Source: Nemertoderma westbladi
Lineage: Eukaryota > Animalia > Xenacoelomorpha
NCBI GenBank assembly: GCA_032718475.1
Contig: JAUCBJ010008830.1
Coordinates: forward strand, 62,001 to 126,000
Direction: 5' to 3'
DNA length: 64,000 nt
Shown: in pieces, positions 1 through 13,565 of the stretch
Numbering within the stretch: position 1 is the first letter of the stretch
Layout: the number at the start of each line of letters is the position of its first letter
Notes under the pieces: generated by a model
Databases searched by the model: none
Told to the model about the DNA's origin: nothing
The model's input: only the letters and a program-made list of their open reading frames with translations
Made by a program: the position numbers and the translations under genes

Positions 1-49
1 GCCACGTATTTATAGTCGGGCCGTCGCGACTAAAGTCACGTTATTAAGG

Positions 50-2210
50 TTAGTGTGCTGCCTCAAGGAGGCAACACTTGTTGACTGGTCGACGGTAAAC
101 CTTCCCTGAAGCCTTCCGTAGACTCACGGTGCGAACGTGACCATCCTTGCTGTCGTGGGTCCTAACCACACGAGCCATGTCCCAGTCTCCCTTCTGTAAT
201 GTGTCATCGGTCACGATGACAAGGTCTCCCAACTGTAGATCGCGGTACTCTTTGTTCCACTTTCTCCTCTGTCTTAACGTGGGTAGGTACTCTCGTACCC
301 AACGATTCCAATACTCGTTCTTACACCGCTGAGCGACGATATATGGGTTACGAAGTCTCCCTCGCCGATCTCTCCCAACGGGTCTCGGACAGTTACTGGG
401 CCTACACCCAACAAGTGGTTTGGCGTGAGGGCCTCCAGTGACTTCGGGTCATCGGTGGTAGCCACCAGGGGTCGTCCGTTAACAATGGTTTCGACCTCGG
501 CGAAGATGGTTCTCATCGCATCTTCTGTCACTACGTGTCCGTGTGTAACGGCCTGAATGTGGTGTTTCACCACGCCCACCATAGCCTCCCAAACACCGGA
601 CATATGAGGGGCATAGGGTGTGTGAAACGACCACTCGATTCCCGGTTCTTGGGTCTTCTCTACCGTCCCCTTGACAAAGGCCTGTTGTGCTCCTTCTAGT
701 TCATGTTCAGCACCGACAAAGTTGGTTCCGTTGTCCGAGGAGATCTTCTTCGGTTCACCTCGGTGCGCGATAAAGCGCCGCAATGCGTTGAGAAACGCCG
801 CTGCTGAAGCATCTGGTACTAGTTCGAGTGCTATAGCCCGCGTGGCGTAGCAGACGAATATTATTCCATACCCCTTTCGCATGGTCTTGAGTACTCGTCG
901 AGTCCATCGAACGTATAAATCGATGGGGCCGAACATCCCTGTGTGGTGGAACGGTACGAGTCCCGCCGTTACCCTATCTTTCGGTAGCGGCGCCATCAGC
1001 TGTTCTAGCCGTCTATGCCATATCTTCTTACATTTAATGCAACCGCTAAGGATCTTCCTCACGGTTTGCCTGAGTCCCGTAGCTGTGAAGCTTTTACGCA
1101 CCCGCCACAATCGTCGCATCCTTACCCCCATGCGCGATGTCACAGTGTGTCTGCCACACCACTTGGTTCAGGGCTGTGGAGCCCGCAGGTAATATCATGG
1201 GCTGGCTTGCCACTATGAAATCCTTGGCGTTCGCCAACCGGGCCACGGATGCTACCATGATGCCATCCTCCAACTGGGGTGCTAACTTTCGTAGCGGACT
1301 GCTCTTCTGTACAGGCTTCCCCTCCCTGAGCCTCCTCCACTCCTCAGGGTAAGCTCGGGCCTGTACGTAGGTCACTACCATCCTCTCTGCCTCCTGTAGA
1401 GGCAACCTGACGGGTATGGTCTTGGTTATTCGGTACTTAGCTAAGGCTATGAACCAAGCCACCCTATTGATCATCCTCCTCCATGTTGAGGACTTGTCTA
1501 TGATCCTATCAATCCGAGGGTCTCTGACCGCCGGTGTGGTCACCATGGAGCACACCCGGACCTCCGGATCTGCTTTCAGAAGCTCCGATGCATTGGCCTC
1601 TGGGAACAAAGGCCAGTCCTTCCTGTTGGGTAGGAAAGCCGGCCCATGCTGCCACAGGTCCTCTTTCTGTTCGAAGGGGACCTCTAGGCTCCCCCTCGAT
1701 ACAAGGTCAGCTGGGTTCTGGTCAGTGGGGCAGTAACCCCAATCACTAACCTCTGTTAGGGTGCGGATATAGTCCACCCGGTTGGCGACGAATACTTTAA
1801 ATCGCCTACTCGGGTGGCTGATGTATAACACCACCGTGGTGGCATCAATCCAATATCTTACTAGTACGATGCACCCCAGGGCCCTTATAATGACCTGGGC
1901 CATCTACACGGCCAGTACCGATGCCATTAGTTCTAGGCGCGGTATGGTGGCCTGTGCTTTGGGTGCCACTCTTGCTTTGCTATAGACCAGGCGTGGGCGG
2001 TATTTGGCTGACTGCTGATGTAAGTAGGCAGCTGCCCCGTACCCCACGCTGGATGCGTCCGCGAACATATGTAGCTCTACAGCTGCCATGTCCCCGTTTG
2101 GAAAGTAAGGCCGTGGGATAATGAGACGGGATATTTGTTCCAGGCTCATTAACCAGGCGTTCCACCTGTCAGCCATCCTGGCAGACACCGGACTACTGTT
2201 GTACTGCACA
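50..2210 (-). mobile_element. BEL/Pao LTR retrotransposon pol 3' fragment (RNase H, integrase, C-terminal domain), disrupted
   Basis: Consecutive minus ORFs give ELHMFADASSVGYGAAAY, YSKARVAP, TIPRLEL, FVANRV, CPTDQNPADLVSRG, HHCC (HCDIAHGG...CIKC), SDNGTNF, PYAPHMSGVWE, LTPNHLL and GDLV...DGHVRTV. In-frame stop at 1904-1906 plus frameshifts. Confidence 0.95.
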
Positions 2211-2534
2211 GTTGGGTACCGTATACTGTTTTAAATAATCGGAGAGGCATTAAGATGGGAAAGGGAACATTTAATCGAGAATGTTTCAAGTGCAATTAAG
2301 TGCGTATAAAGTGCAATTAATTGATCTAATCAATCAATTTTTCAATTAATTGGACATCGCCCAATCAATTATTAAATTATCAAAAAGTGAGCAATCAATT
2401 AATTGGGATCAATTAATTGCCATTAATTGCAGCTCAATTAATTTTTGACAACCCTTGGTAGCGAGACCTCTAGTATTCACTCCATTGCTGTTGTGTTTGG
2501 TGTTGTTGTTGTTAATTTCTCGTTAGGTTTTGGT

Positions 2535-3390
2535 ATTAGGACTTAATAGGGTCTCAGTTGGCAGAGCGTAGGACTTGGAATGTCTAGGTACCGAGTTCAA
2601 TCCCCCATTCCGGTGAATGTTTTTTGTTGTAAGATTGTTACTGTAGTAAGCCATTCAAGGAGACAGTTTATGCGTTAGTACTGTAGACGCGGACCTTTGT
2701 GGAATTTCACGCTTGTTTTACTCTACTCTACTACCTACACCATGTCCTGGAATATAGTGTCGTAATTCAGTGACATGGACCCCCCACCCCCAATGTTTTT
2801 TTTACAAATCTTAATGAGATTGTTTGAAATTAGAAACAGAGAGAGTTTCATCTACCTCATCCTTACTGGGTGAGCTAGAATTTTTATTTTCACTATTCTG
2901 GAACATTTTGTTTATCTCATAAGTAGTTGGGCAACAATGCATTGCCTTCATGATAATACTAGTATATAAAATATTCCTACATACACAAAATGTTCTAGAA
3001 CATTGTGAATTTATTAAATAAAATAAATGGCATGCAGCGGTAGCAAATACATGCAACTTTCGAATGCCCACATCTCAGCTATTTCCCAACCAAATTTGCA
3101 TATTTGGAATCCCTGCCCGGTCAGCTTTCTATCAGTACTAACAAGTCACTATGAGGTTGAGGAATAACTGCGGTGTAATGGCGCTATATCGACTATATTA
3201 TATTCCAGGACATGGTGTAGGTAGTAGAGTAGAGTAAAAGAAGCGCGAAATCCCACAAATGTCCGCGTCTACTAAGGCATGAACTGTCTCCTGAATGGCT
3301 TACTACCAATCTTACAACCAAAAACATACACCGGAATGGGGAATTGAACTGCCAACTGAGCCACTGGGGCCGTATCAAGTCCTAATAGAG
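2535..3390. repeat. Long inverted repeat (arms of about 200-230 bp) enclosing a TA-flanked MITE-like core (2738-3217)
   Basis: 2535-2762 is the reverse complement of about 3190-3390. The core termini are TA|CACCATGTCCTGGAATA and TATTCCAGGACATGGTG|TA. The same terminus recurs at 18671 and 56460. Confidence 0.8.
2549..2735 (+). mobile_element. tRNA-derived SINE-like element
   Basis: A-box-like TCTCAGTTGGCAGAGC and B-box-like GAGTTCAATCCC, then a body and a (TACTC)n tail. An inverted copy lies at about 3218-3372. Confidence 0.65.
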
Positions 3391-3625
3391 TCCTAATTAA
3401 GAAATTCCAACAAAAATATTTTATTTTACTTTTTTCACTGGGAAAAAAAGTAAATTCAATGCAATCCTATTGATTGCTTTTTTCCCTAGGGAAAAAAGTA
3501 CATTGTACTTTTTCGTTCCTAACTCCATTAGAATTTAGAAATAACATAACGCATGAGCATAACTACAAGATTACCTATTATCTCTAGGTATTAAGCAAGC
3601 CCAATATAGGGAATTAAAGAGACAG

Positions 3626-4150
3626 ATGAACGGAGATTTCGAGTGGAAATGTTTTAATTGTTCGCGGTCTAGAGTCCAGCAGGAGGTAGAGCTCGTTATC
3701 GGCGATATGGATATTCTTGAGGATATCAATATGACAGATATTCCGTTCAGCATTCCGAACGGAAATATGGAGAAGTGAGTTTATTTTAGCATTACAAATT
3801 AATATCCGTAATACGCATTTACACGCATAATAACTGCATAAATATATTCAATATAAATATCTTTTATATATTGCTTGTTTTAATTTTCAGTTCAACAGAG
3901 TCTGATGATGATCTGCAGCAGTTGAAAACCGCAGCAGTTGAGAGGCAGGAGTTCGTGGTACTAGAGGAAGGTTCAATTAGACAGAAGCCATTATTGTTAG
4001 AGGAACCGGGTTACTCTTAAGTACTTATGCGGCGGAATTCAAAGGGAAGAACCTATTGGAGATGTTCCGTGCGTGGAAACCACAAACGTTGTCTGGCTAC
4101 AGTGATTCAGAAAGTCAACAACTTTTTAAGGGACCTGCATGATCATCACA
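3626..4150 (+). pseudogene. Spliced PHD-end plus FLYWCH zinc-finger fragment, MULE-transposase-like
   Basis: FEWKCFNC, then a GTGAGT...TTTTCAG intron (about 3775-3890), then GYS*VLMRRNSKGRTYWRCSVRGNHKRCLATV...H..H, which fits the FLYWCH pattern. Confidence 0.6.
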
Positions 4151-4509
4151 TGTTTGACAACCTGGGTTATTTCGAAACATTTCGAAAATTTCGAAACATT
4201 ACCAAAATAACCCCCCCCCCCCAGCCATAAAACATTTATATTTACAGAGTTTATTTGATTTTTTAAAAAGCAACAGATAAATTATTGCTGAACTTAATGT
4301 TCTACAACATTTGGTTTATTTAATGAAGGAATATGTATCTTCAAATGTATATGTATATTAATATTAAATAAATAATATTTAGATATTTATTTGAAAGATA
4401 AATGAAAGCATTGCATAAGTTTCTCAGTATCGGACGCAATGCTGCATTATTATGTTGTATAAAATTATTTTTTCTATTTGAGTTATAATGATAATTATTA
4501 AATTTTTAG

Positions 4510-5108
4510 ATAACAATGATATCCTCCTGCAAAGGAGCCATTTGCGACGGTGTTTCGGGCCCGTATGCAAATTGTAGTTGCTACGACTCGAAATTATCAT
4601 TCACTTCTATATGGAATATAAAAGCCAAAGTCCATATCCCTGGATCTATAGATAAGGAGGGGCAAGTAGTTCAACCACATCCCTTCTTATCGAAATCGTT
4701 CACGTTATTATTTGCAAACGAATATGCACTAACCGTAAGTTTATTATATTTTTTTAATAATTATTTACAATGTTTAATATCTTATAATAAATAGGTTTGA
4801 TATAAATTTAATTTAATTGTATCGTATTCCTGAACAAAGTGTTTTCAGAAAAGATGTGTAATTAATTTAATATTATTTAGAGCCGAAATCAGCCATTTAC
4901 TAACGTCGAACTCAGAAGAAACATCCGCGAGAATGTAAGACAATACGAGGCAGAGGGAAATGGCTGGGATGTGACGGGATGGGGGAAGTCGGGAGCTCAG
5001 ACGGAAAAAGGTGACGGAACAAAGGAGTGGGAAGCAGCCCGGCTCCATATAGCAGCAATAAAGCCGACTAATGTAAACTATCAATTTCGGCAAATACAAG
5101 GTATATAA
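4510..5108 (+). pseudogene. Duplicate of the last two exons of the unknown spliced gene at 37734-39573
   Basis: Exons 4510-4734 and 4881-5108 have AG/GT boundaries and are near-identical to 38975-39199 and 39346-39573. Confidence 0.7.
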
Positions 5109-5142
5109 ATTTACTATTAATTATGTCTAGTATAGCACTGCG

Positions 5143-5360
5143 TTAAAAAATGTAGTAACAAATGGTAAAACAGTCTCTAAACTCCTCTATCAGCATTTCT
5201 GGTACAATCTTGTCCGGACCAGCAGCTTTACCGCGTTTGAATTTATTGATCCCCACTTTAACTTCATCATAACCAAAAGGTTCAGAGAGGTATGTCTTAA
5301 AGACTTCTGTACTAAATTCTATATCCACATTGTTATAGTTACTACCATGGATTCCCAGAT
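5143..5360 (-). mobile_element. Short non-LTR retrotransposon ORF2 fragment
   Basis: EPFGYDEVKVGINKFKRGKAAGPDKIVPEML matches the pre-RT K-A-x-G-x-D motif. Partial copy at about 39608-39757. Confidence 0.75.
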
Positions 5361-6613
5361 CCTCAAACTCACCTGGGTTGGGGGGAATGTTCAACACTTA
5401 AACTGGTCAGCGTCTTCATTTACTTTTGTTTCGACATGGTAGGAACACAAATTTGTGTTTTATCAATTTCTATCGCATTTGGTCAGGTATAAATTTGTAA
5501 ACTAATAGAACACAAATATGTGTTTGCCTGAGCGGCTATCCACTTGGTGCTGACGCTTTTTTGTGTTTTAGACATATTTTACATATTCCTATAATACTAC
5601 TACTTAATGAATCCCTATAGGTTTATCATTACCGCCATTCAATCGCTTGAATGTAGAGCTACACAATGGTAGTTGAATCATCTCGAATCGCCCACTATGG
5701 CAGACACAGTTGTGTGAGAAAGATTCTAAAATATAGAAAAGTTTAAGTAATGGCCGTTTTTTAACATTAGGTCTGATGAACAAAAGATTACCAATACTGA
5801 AGGAATTGCATTAAGGAAATCCACAAATAATGTTTGGATAACCCTAAAGTCTCAGTATAACATTCGGTATATAATTTATTGGAATTCATAGACTGTAAAT
5901 TAAAGCCTCATATTTAAATTTTTTAATATAAAATAAGAATCAATGGTTGAAATTAGGTGTTCTCAGTCTGTCCAATTTTCCTTATCATACAGTATGTGTC
6001 AGACATAAACAGTACCATGATTTTAGCTTGTTCTCATCTACAATTCTCCACAGGGTTTCTTTGTTTGTAACTGATTTATTTGACAGCTTTTATAAGCAAA
6101 CATGATTTCATTTCGCCAAAGGCATATTTTCTATTGAAAATGGTTGTCCAGACACGAATCTTCGCTTTATTGATAGCCACCAAGTGCCTCCATGGTATTA
6201 TATGGATAGTCAGGTAAATAGTAAATACTACAGCATATATATCAAAGGAAAGGGACAGTGGATATGAAGTAAGGTTGACAGATCTATTGGGGGGTTTACT
6301 ATGCTCAGGCTCAGTGCCAGACATTGTCGCCAGTAACAATATAATTGAATGCAAAGAATGTGGTCATGTCACATATCTCGTACCACTTCCAAAGGTAACT
6401 AACCTATGTGCTAGACTAATGTCCATGACTATGTTGTGCAGAGCTAATGGCGTAAAACGACCACAAACACAAAATAAATTTTAGTGGGTTTGAAAAAAAT
6501 TAGTTTAATTTAATTAAAAACATTAAGGGAAGGATCAGGTTACAGTGGGGGTGTTTTCTAACCAAAACAATAAACTATACATTATTTCACTTGCGGTCAA
6601 ATTGCGCCAGCAA
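5360..6613. repeat. Dispersed block, also at 28568-29873 and partly at 9749-10362 and 27905-28080
   Basis: Direct near-identity starting at ATCCTCAAACTCACCTGGGTTGGGGGGAATG. Confidence 0.9.
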
Positions 6614-7105
6614 TTGGTTGTTTAACTGCGAAGCTGAACTCAATTTATTAGTTAGGTTAGTTAGGTTTAGCCGGCCATGGTTTTTTGAATCGCTCAAGTT
6701 AGACAGAGAGAGAGAGTCGCAACCCGAAGGTGTAGCCACGCGCTAGTGGATACATATAATATTTGAAATTAAAATTGCGTTGATTAGAGCTATATATGTA
6801 AAATTAGAAATATTTGGGTGGCAAGTTCATTTTTGAATATTTTGAATTAGATTCAAAAAATTATTTTGTGTCATACCGGTATTTAAATGCTATATAATAG
6901 CTATAAAATAATATTTTTGTTTAAATATTGTACTGGTATTTGCTATAACTATATCCTATTAAATTCACAATATTGTATTGCGAATTTATTTGACATTTTG
7001 GACCAACCAATTATTTGACAAATAATTTAACCGTATTTTCGATTAAATTATATATATCTCGAATTTTGCAAGATTTTAGCCGGAAGGCAAAATATTACTT
7101 AGACT

Positions 7106-8320
7106 ATGAGTGTCTCAGAGAAAGAGGCACTAGAGGACAGCTATGAGACGGCGGCTGGACCGCTGACCTACGATAGCGTTAATATTACTGTTGACGACAA
7201 TGCCGACTATGACGACGCAGCGAGCGACGCTGACGTAAGTGAACAGGAGGACGAGACAGTGACTAGTGAGGAAGAACAAGGACCTCAAGTAATAGTATTA
7301 GGATCCCCTACCACTACTGTAAGAAAGGATTGTACAGCAGCCCGACCAGAGGTGAGTGATAGGGGGGGTAGTGTAGCAGAAGTGAAAGCCCGGAGCCCGG
7401 TTTCCAGACCTGTGGGTATGGTAAGTGCCGTGGTCCCAGCGGCTATAAGGAGTACCCGTAGTTCCCGAAATAATCCTTCAAGTCCACCGAGTGTGAGTCA
7501 GGTAAGCGAGAGAGAATTAGACATCGCGATAAAGAAGAAACTTCGCGCGCATGCCGGACATATAACCCGGACGACGGACAAGGTAAGGAATATGCTAGCC
7601 GACTCAGCGAACATCGGAAGGGAAGGGTTAGTAGAGATTAGAAAGGGATACAACTCAGCGTTATTCAAGCAGACGGAGGAGCTTGCAGTCCTAGCGAAGA
7701 GAGCAGTGGAGTCTCAGTCAAGCGACGTGGCGACGAGGGTTTACGATAGGGTTTTAGCAGCCTTGTTGGAGCACCGCACGTTATCGGAGCGATTTCGACG
7801 AGTTAGGATGGAAAATTGGTTGTTATGGGCATCACAAGCGCAGGCGACTCAGGTGAGTGACGCGGAGATGAGAAACTTAGTGGAGCGGGAAGAGACGCAG
7901 GATAAGGAAGAGCGCAGGTATCAGAGGGAAGTTACCAGCTGGCTGATGCAGAGTGGAGTGGTGGTACCGGGCTAAGTGCTACCGACGACGGACAATATCC
8001 AGCAGATGACGTTAACTCCACCCGACGATGCATCTAGAGACAGTGGCGATTCCCAGGTTAGTCACGCGCGAGGGAAAGTTATATGTGCTAGACCCCTTGT
8101 TTCTCACAACTCGGCAGAGGAGAGAAGATGCCGACTAGACGAACAGCAGGCGGAAGTTTTGCGTACATCGGAAGCACGGAAGGAAGCCGAACGAGAACGG
8201 GAGCGCACACGGAAGTTAGACACAAAGTTGCGAGAGTTGGAGGAAATAAGTAAGTGTGAGCAAGCGGAACGCGAGCGCAAGGAATGCGAACTCCAACTTG
8301 AATGCGAACAGAAGGTTTAA
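7106..8320 (+). mobile_element. Probable BEL/Pao gag N-terminal fragment with internal stop
   Basis: KKKLRAHAGHITRTTDKV resembles the BEL gag N-terminal helix and is followed by an E/R-rich coiled coil. In-frame stop at 7973-7975. Duplicate at 39758-40958. Confidence 0.55.
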
Positions 8321-10369
8321 CAGTTCTCAAAGGTGTCTGTCAGCGGGATGGGTGGGGGGTACTAAATAAAAATAATAAAAGAACATGTAGCATTTCCGTA
8401 TTAAAAGACAAAAATATAAGCGTGACTGAACCAAAAGCAACAGCTGATTTATTTAATTGTGTGATATTGATGATGCTGAAAGATCTCTACCTCCCGAGTA
8501 TGAGAGGGCTACTTTGCGGGAGGTGATAGACAACTCGCCGATATTCGAGGGCCATTACATTTCCGCTGTGATATTGCCGATATTCGAGGGCCATTACATT
8601 TCCGCTGTGATATTGAGTGTAACCACCGCTCATAAAAAGGCCTGCAAGTCTGCGAAGACATCTAACAATCACCGGCAAAAACGTCCCAAAGCCGTTTCAT
8701 ACCACACCCTGGCCTTCCTACTGTAAGTTTGGATTCAATATATATTTATACTTCAATAGCCTTATTTTATATATCACCTGTAATATTTCCAGTATCTGCC
8801 AGTAACTTAGAGTGCAGGTACACCCATAATGTTCACTAACTAAACAAGTTTATTTCTGGATATATATTTTAATCATACAATGTAATGTAACACACCTATG
8901 CTGTAATTATTTTCAATCTGACATTGTTTATCAATAGAAATAAATATTTGACGTATGTATCCTGTGTACTAAATTTGTAATAATATACATTGTGACATTG
9001 ACCATCGACACCACATATTACTATCCAGTGACTCACGCATACGACGACTTGTGACTACTCATTCCATTTCTGAACTTTCTTCTACCGCTAAAGAAAAAAA
9101 ATCTTCTTTCAATAATATCTATCTGCCAGGAAGAAATGCCTCATGCAACCATTTACCCCTGTGGGACGAAGTCATGGCCAATTCATCGAGAATCTGATAG
9201 TCCTGATGGCCTTCGTTTACAAATGTTGTTATTCTCTGTCATGCATTGTCATGTCCTGTATAACATCCCTAATGCAGTAATGCCTTAATGCTTCTTCCTT
9301 GGATTGTCCTGCAATTTGACTGCTGATCTGCAAGAAAATTCAGCTGTAGCCTAATTTGGAAACTAATAAATATATTGATAGATTTTGTCTCATAATTAAA
9401 TTTTCATCAAGATACAAACTGTAATATTTTTTATGAGTCATGTGGAATGCTCTAGTTTTGGGTATGAGTATTACTCGCCTTTACTAGACACAGTAACATG
9501 ACTCAGTACCATAGGCCTATATCTCTTTTTGTTTAACTAGGGGAAACGCGTTTAGGTTAAGATCTCAAAATGTGTTTTTTTGGGATAGGGTGTATTTCGC
9601 ATGAAATCCAAAACAATCAGCCATTGATTATTTCCGGGAACTTAACGTTTACCTTTGATATTGTGTAGGTGGAACAAGTTCGATTATCATCAGGGAATTC
9701 ATATATCATTGATACTGGTGGTGTTTTTCTGCGTATTGGCTCACCTTCCATCCTCAAACTCACCTGGGTTGGGGGGAATGTTTAACACTTAAACTGGTCA
9801 GCATCTTCATTTACTTTTGTTTCGACTTGGTAGGAACACAAATATGTGTTTTATCAATTTCTATCGCATTTGGTCAGGTATAAATTTGTAAACTCGTCTG
9901 ACTTGGCAGAAACACAAGTTTGTGTTTTATGTGAATGTACGCGAATTGGTGGGAAAAAATCGATTGACGTTATCCGAGTTGGTAAGAACACAAATATGTG
10001 TTTGCCTGAGCGGCTATCCACTTTGTGCTGACGCTTTTTTGTGTTTTAGACATTTTACATATTCCTATAATACTACTACTTAATGAATCCCTATAGGTTT
10101 ATCATTACCGCCATTCAATCGCTTGAATGTAGAGCTACACAATGGTAGTTGTGAATCATCTCGAATCGCCCACTATGGCAGACACAGTTGTGTGAGAAAG
10201 ATTCTAAAATATAGAAAAGTAATGGCCGTTTTTTAACATTAGGTCTGATGAACAAAAGATTACCAATACTGAAGGAATTGCATTAAGGAAATCCACAAAT
10301 AATGCTTGGATAACCCTAAAGTCTCAGTATAACATTCGGTATATAACTTATTGGAATTCATATTGTAAT

Positions 10370-13300
10370 TCGGCCTCACAGGCGTCAGTTAACTCCTGAC
10401 CGGCTGGAGAGAGAGCAGCCAACAATTATTTGAGTCCCTTTCCTGATGACCTTTCTGGCCCAAACCCTGGGTCACCAGGGAGGCCAGATTGTGATGGGGA
10501 GAGGGATTCTGGAGTTGGGGGCTACTCTCATGTTCCACCCCGACCAACAAAGCCATTGGTGAATCTGAGGCAAGTCACTAGACTAGCCTCAGTAAACACC
10601 CTAACACTCGGGTCCCCAATGCGACAAGGTGAGCTGACTGCCTTGGCAGATAAGCTTTCTCTTAGCGCAGTGGGTGTTAAGAGCACACCGAATGCAGACT
10701 GGACAGACTGATGAGGTTCTGATTAAGGACATGGGGGGCGGTTGGCGACTCGCCCTCGCGTCAGCAGATGATAGTGGCAATGGTGGAATTGGTCTATTGA
10801 TGAATCCAACTGCACATGCAGCATTGGACAAAATAGGCCAAATCTAGAACCGCATCATCCGTTGCCACTTCTCATGTTCTGGAAGACTGGCTAAGAAGTT
10901 TCCTAAGGTGGATCTGATTGTGTGCTACTCTCCAACTAGTGTTGCCCCTGTAGAGGAGGTGGAAAATTTCTACCACAATCTACAAGCAGCTACTAATGGA
11001 GTGGATCAGCATGCATTCTTAACATTCCTGGGAGACTTTAATGCAAGTCTGCATCAATCACCTACATCGCCCTGGGTCTATAGCAATAGTGTTAACCGAA
11101 ATTCTGTCCATCTTCACGATTTTATCTCTGGAAATGGATTGTTTTCGGCTGGAACCCAGTTCAAGAAGCGAACTGGAAAGCTATGGACTCATAGTGGACC
11201 CAGTGGTCACAAGTCCCAGATAGACCATATTCTGTTTCGTAGGAAATACAGGAGCTCTATACAAGACTGTAATGCATTTACACTTCGACCCTTCTCCAGT
11301 GATCACCACCTTATTGTGGCCAAGGTAAGACTTAGTCTGCGTGCTAGCAGAACAACGAAATCTGCCTTGCCGCGGCATGACTGGTCCTCTCTGTTGCAAC
11401 AGCCAAGTGTGAGATCCAGCTTCACACTACAGCTGAGCAACAGGTATGAGGCTCTTGCCTCTGAGGCGGCAGATCACTGTGAGGGCTATACTGCCTTTAC
11501 AGAAGCAGTTAAGTTAGCAGCTGCAGAAACAGTTCCTGTATACCCTCGAAACAGGAAAAGGGCCCCCTGGCCTGACAACAAAATTCAGAAGTGCCGAAAT
11601 GACCTTCATAAGGCGCAGAAAGAGTCCCGACTCAAACAGACTACAGCGGCCAAGAATGCAGTTAAGGCTGCATCTAGGTCCCTGAACAGGCAGTACTCTG
11701 TTAATCTACAGGAGTGAATAAACCAACAGGTTGATGCCATCAATGATGCTGACGACAGCAGGCAATCATCCCAGGCATGGAAATCGATCAATCTGCTTAC
11801 TGGGCGGAAAAGCCAACCAACCAGCAAGGTTAAGGCTGAATCACCAGCCGATCGCCTCAATGGTTGGAAAGGCCACTTTGAAAAGCTCCTCAATAATGAC
11901 AGGGTATTGCCTGATAACTTTATAGAAGTAAAAGTGTCTGAGTCTGTACTCCCAGATATTCCCATTGGCGACATCTCCTTTGCAGAAGTGAAGGCTGCTG
12001 CAAAGAGCATTAAGACCAATCGTGCCAGTGGAGTAGGTGGTGTTCCCCCTGAGGTCTTTAAAATACTTGAGTGTTTAAAGCTCATCTATCCCATCATAGT
12101 TGACATGTACCGAACAACAAGAGTCCCACAAGAAATGAAAACAAATAAGTTGGTGCCAGTTCCCAAGAAGGGCAACCTAACACTCTATGGTTCTTTTCGG
12201 GGAATCTCATTGATATCGATTGCTGCAAAGTTATACAACAGGATTCTATTAAATCGCATCAGGGATCCCATTGAGAGACTGCTCCGTGGAAATCAGAATG
12301 GGTTCCGTAAAGGTCGTGGGACCATGGAGCCCATTTTGGCACTTAGAAGGATAATTGAAGAATTATCAAAAAAGAAAGACAGGCATCTGGCTGTTATCTT
12401 TGTTGACTTTTTCAAGGCATTTGATTCAGTCTCTCGGTCACGTATGTTCAGCATACTTTCATTATATGGGATTCCTGATGAAATTATTGCAGCAATCAGA
12501 TCAGTATATGATGGTTCGACAACATTTGTGTCTACTGTTGACGGTGACACAGAACCATTTGAAGTGTTATGGGGCGTCCTCCAAGGAGACACACTTGCAC
12601 CATTCTTGTTCATTATTGTGGTTGACTATGTTCTACGCATGTCCTTAGATCATTATAATGATGATGGGGTGATGATAACTCCACCTACTGGCTCCAGAAG
12701 TCGAGGAAATCCTGCAAAGTACCTAACTGATCTAGACTTTGCTGATGACTTAGGAGTACTCTCAGAATCATTAGAGGGAGCCCAACGGCTCCTCAGCTCA
12801 TTAGAACATGCTGCTTCTAGTGTTGGTCTTTTTATTAACTCCAGAAAGACCAAAATTCTGACAGTTAACTTTGAAAGTCCTCAGCAAGTCTCTGATCGGA
12901 TGAGCATAAGCTCAAAGGATGGTATGCTTGAGCATGTGGACGACTTTTGTTACCTGGGATCATGGATCCGGAAGTCAGGTGAGGACCTTCGAATACGTAA
13001 GGGAAAGGCATGGGCAGCCTTGAATAGGCTTTCCAGGATTTGGAAGTCACCTAGAATTAATCGGAAACTTAAGGTCCGATTATTTAGACCAGCAGTAGTT
13101 CCAGTACTCCTCTACGGGAGTCCATGCTGGGCTCTAACTGCTGAGGACACCAAATCTCTGGATGGCACATTCACAAGAATGCTACGCCGGGTTCATTGTG
13201 TCAAGTACAATGCACACATCTCCAACCAGACACTATATAACATTGGAGGTGGTGTCTCATTGGTTCCCCCAAGCTTGACACTAGAACAAAATCGCCTCCG

Positions 13301-13565
13301 CTTTGCAGGACATTGCATTCGCCGTGAGGACCAGCCAGTGCATAATCTTGTACTTTGCAGCCTCATGGAGTGAATAAGCATGGTGGACAGCCCATGACTT
13401 TCTTGAGACGCATCTTAAAGGACACTGGCCTTGAAGATGCGGATGATCTAGCAAATGACATGGGTGATAGGGAGTTGTGGCGGTGCAATTTTGTCGATAA
13501 GCCGGCACAGCATTCTTAAAAATGCAGCTGCAATGCAGCATGCCAATCCTAGTAGTAGTAGTAGT
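10370..13565 (+). mobile_element. RTE-clade LINE, near full length, disrupted (copy 1)
   Basis: APE endonuclease (LGDFNA, KSQIDHIL, SSDH), RT (QNGFRKGRG, FVDFFKAFDSV, GVLQGDTLAP, DFADD, YLGS) and a (TAG)n tail at about 13550. Stop at 11715-11717 and frameshifts. Confidence 0.95.

Noticed and set aside
2549-2615. Functional tRNA gene (also 21796-21870 and 31794-31883)
   Set aside because: A and B boxes are present but there is no complete cloverleaf. The context indicates SINE heads.
6523-6560. Kolobok-like terminus TTAA|GGGAAGGATCAGGTTACAGTGG (similar motifs near 15381, 24627-24650 and 29785)
   Set aside because: The motif recurs, but no matched pair of ends with target duplications or a linked transposase could be defined.
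11606-12085. Conserved 159-aa minus-strand ORF (also 29978-30457 and 50020-50499)
   Set aside because: Antisense shadow of the RTE ORF, recurring only because the copies are near-identical.
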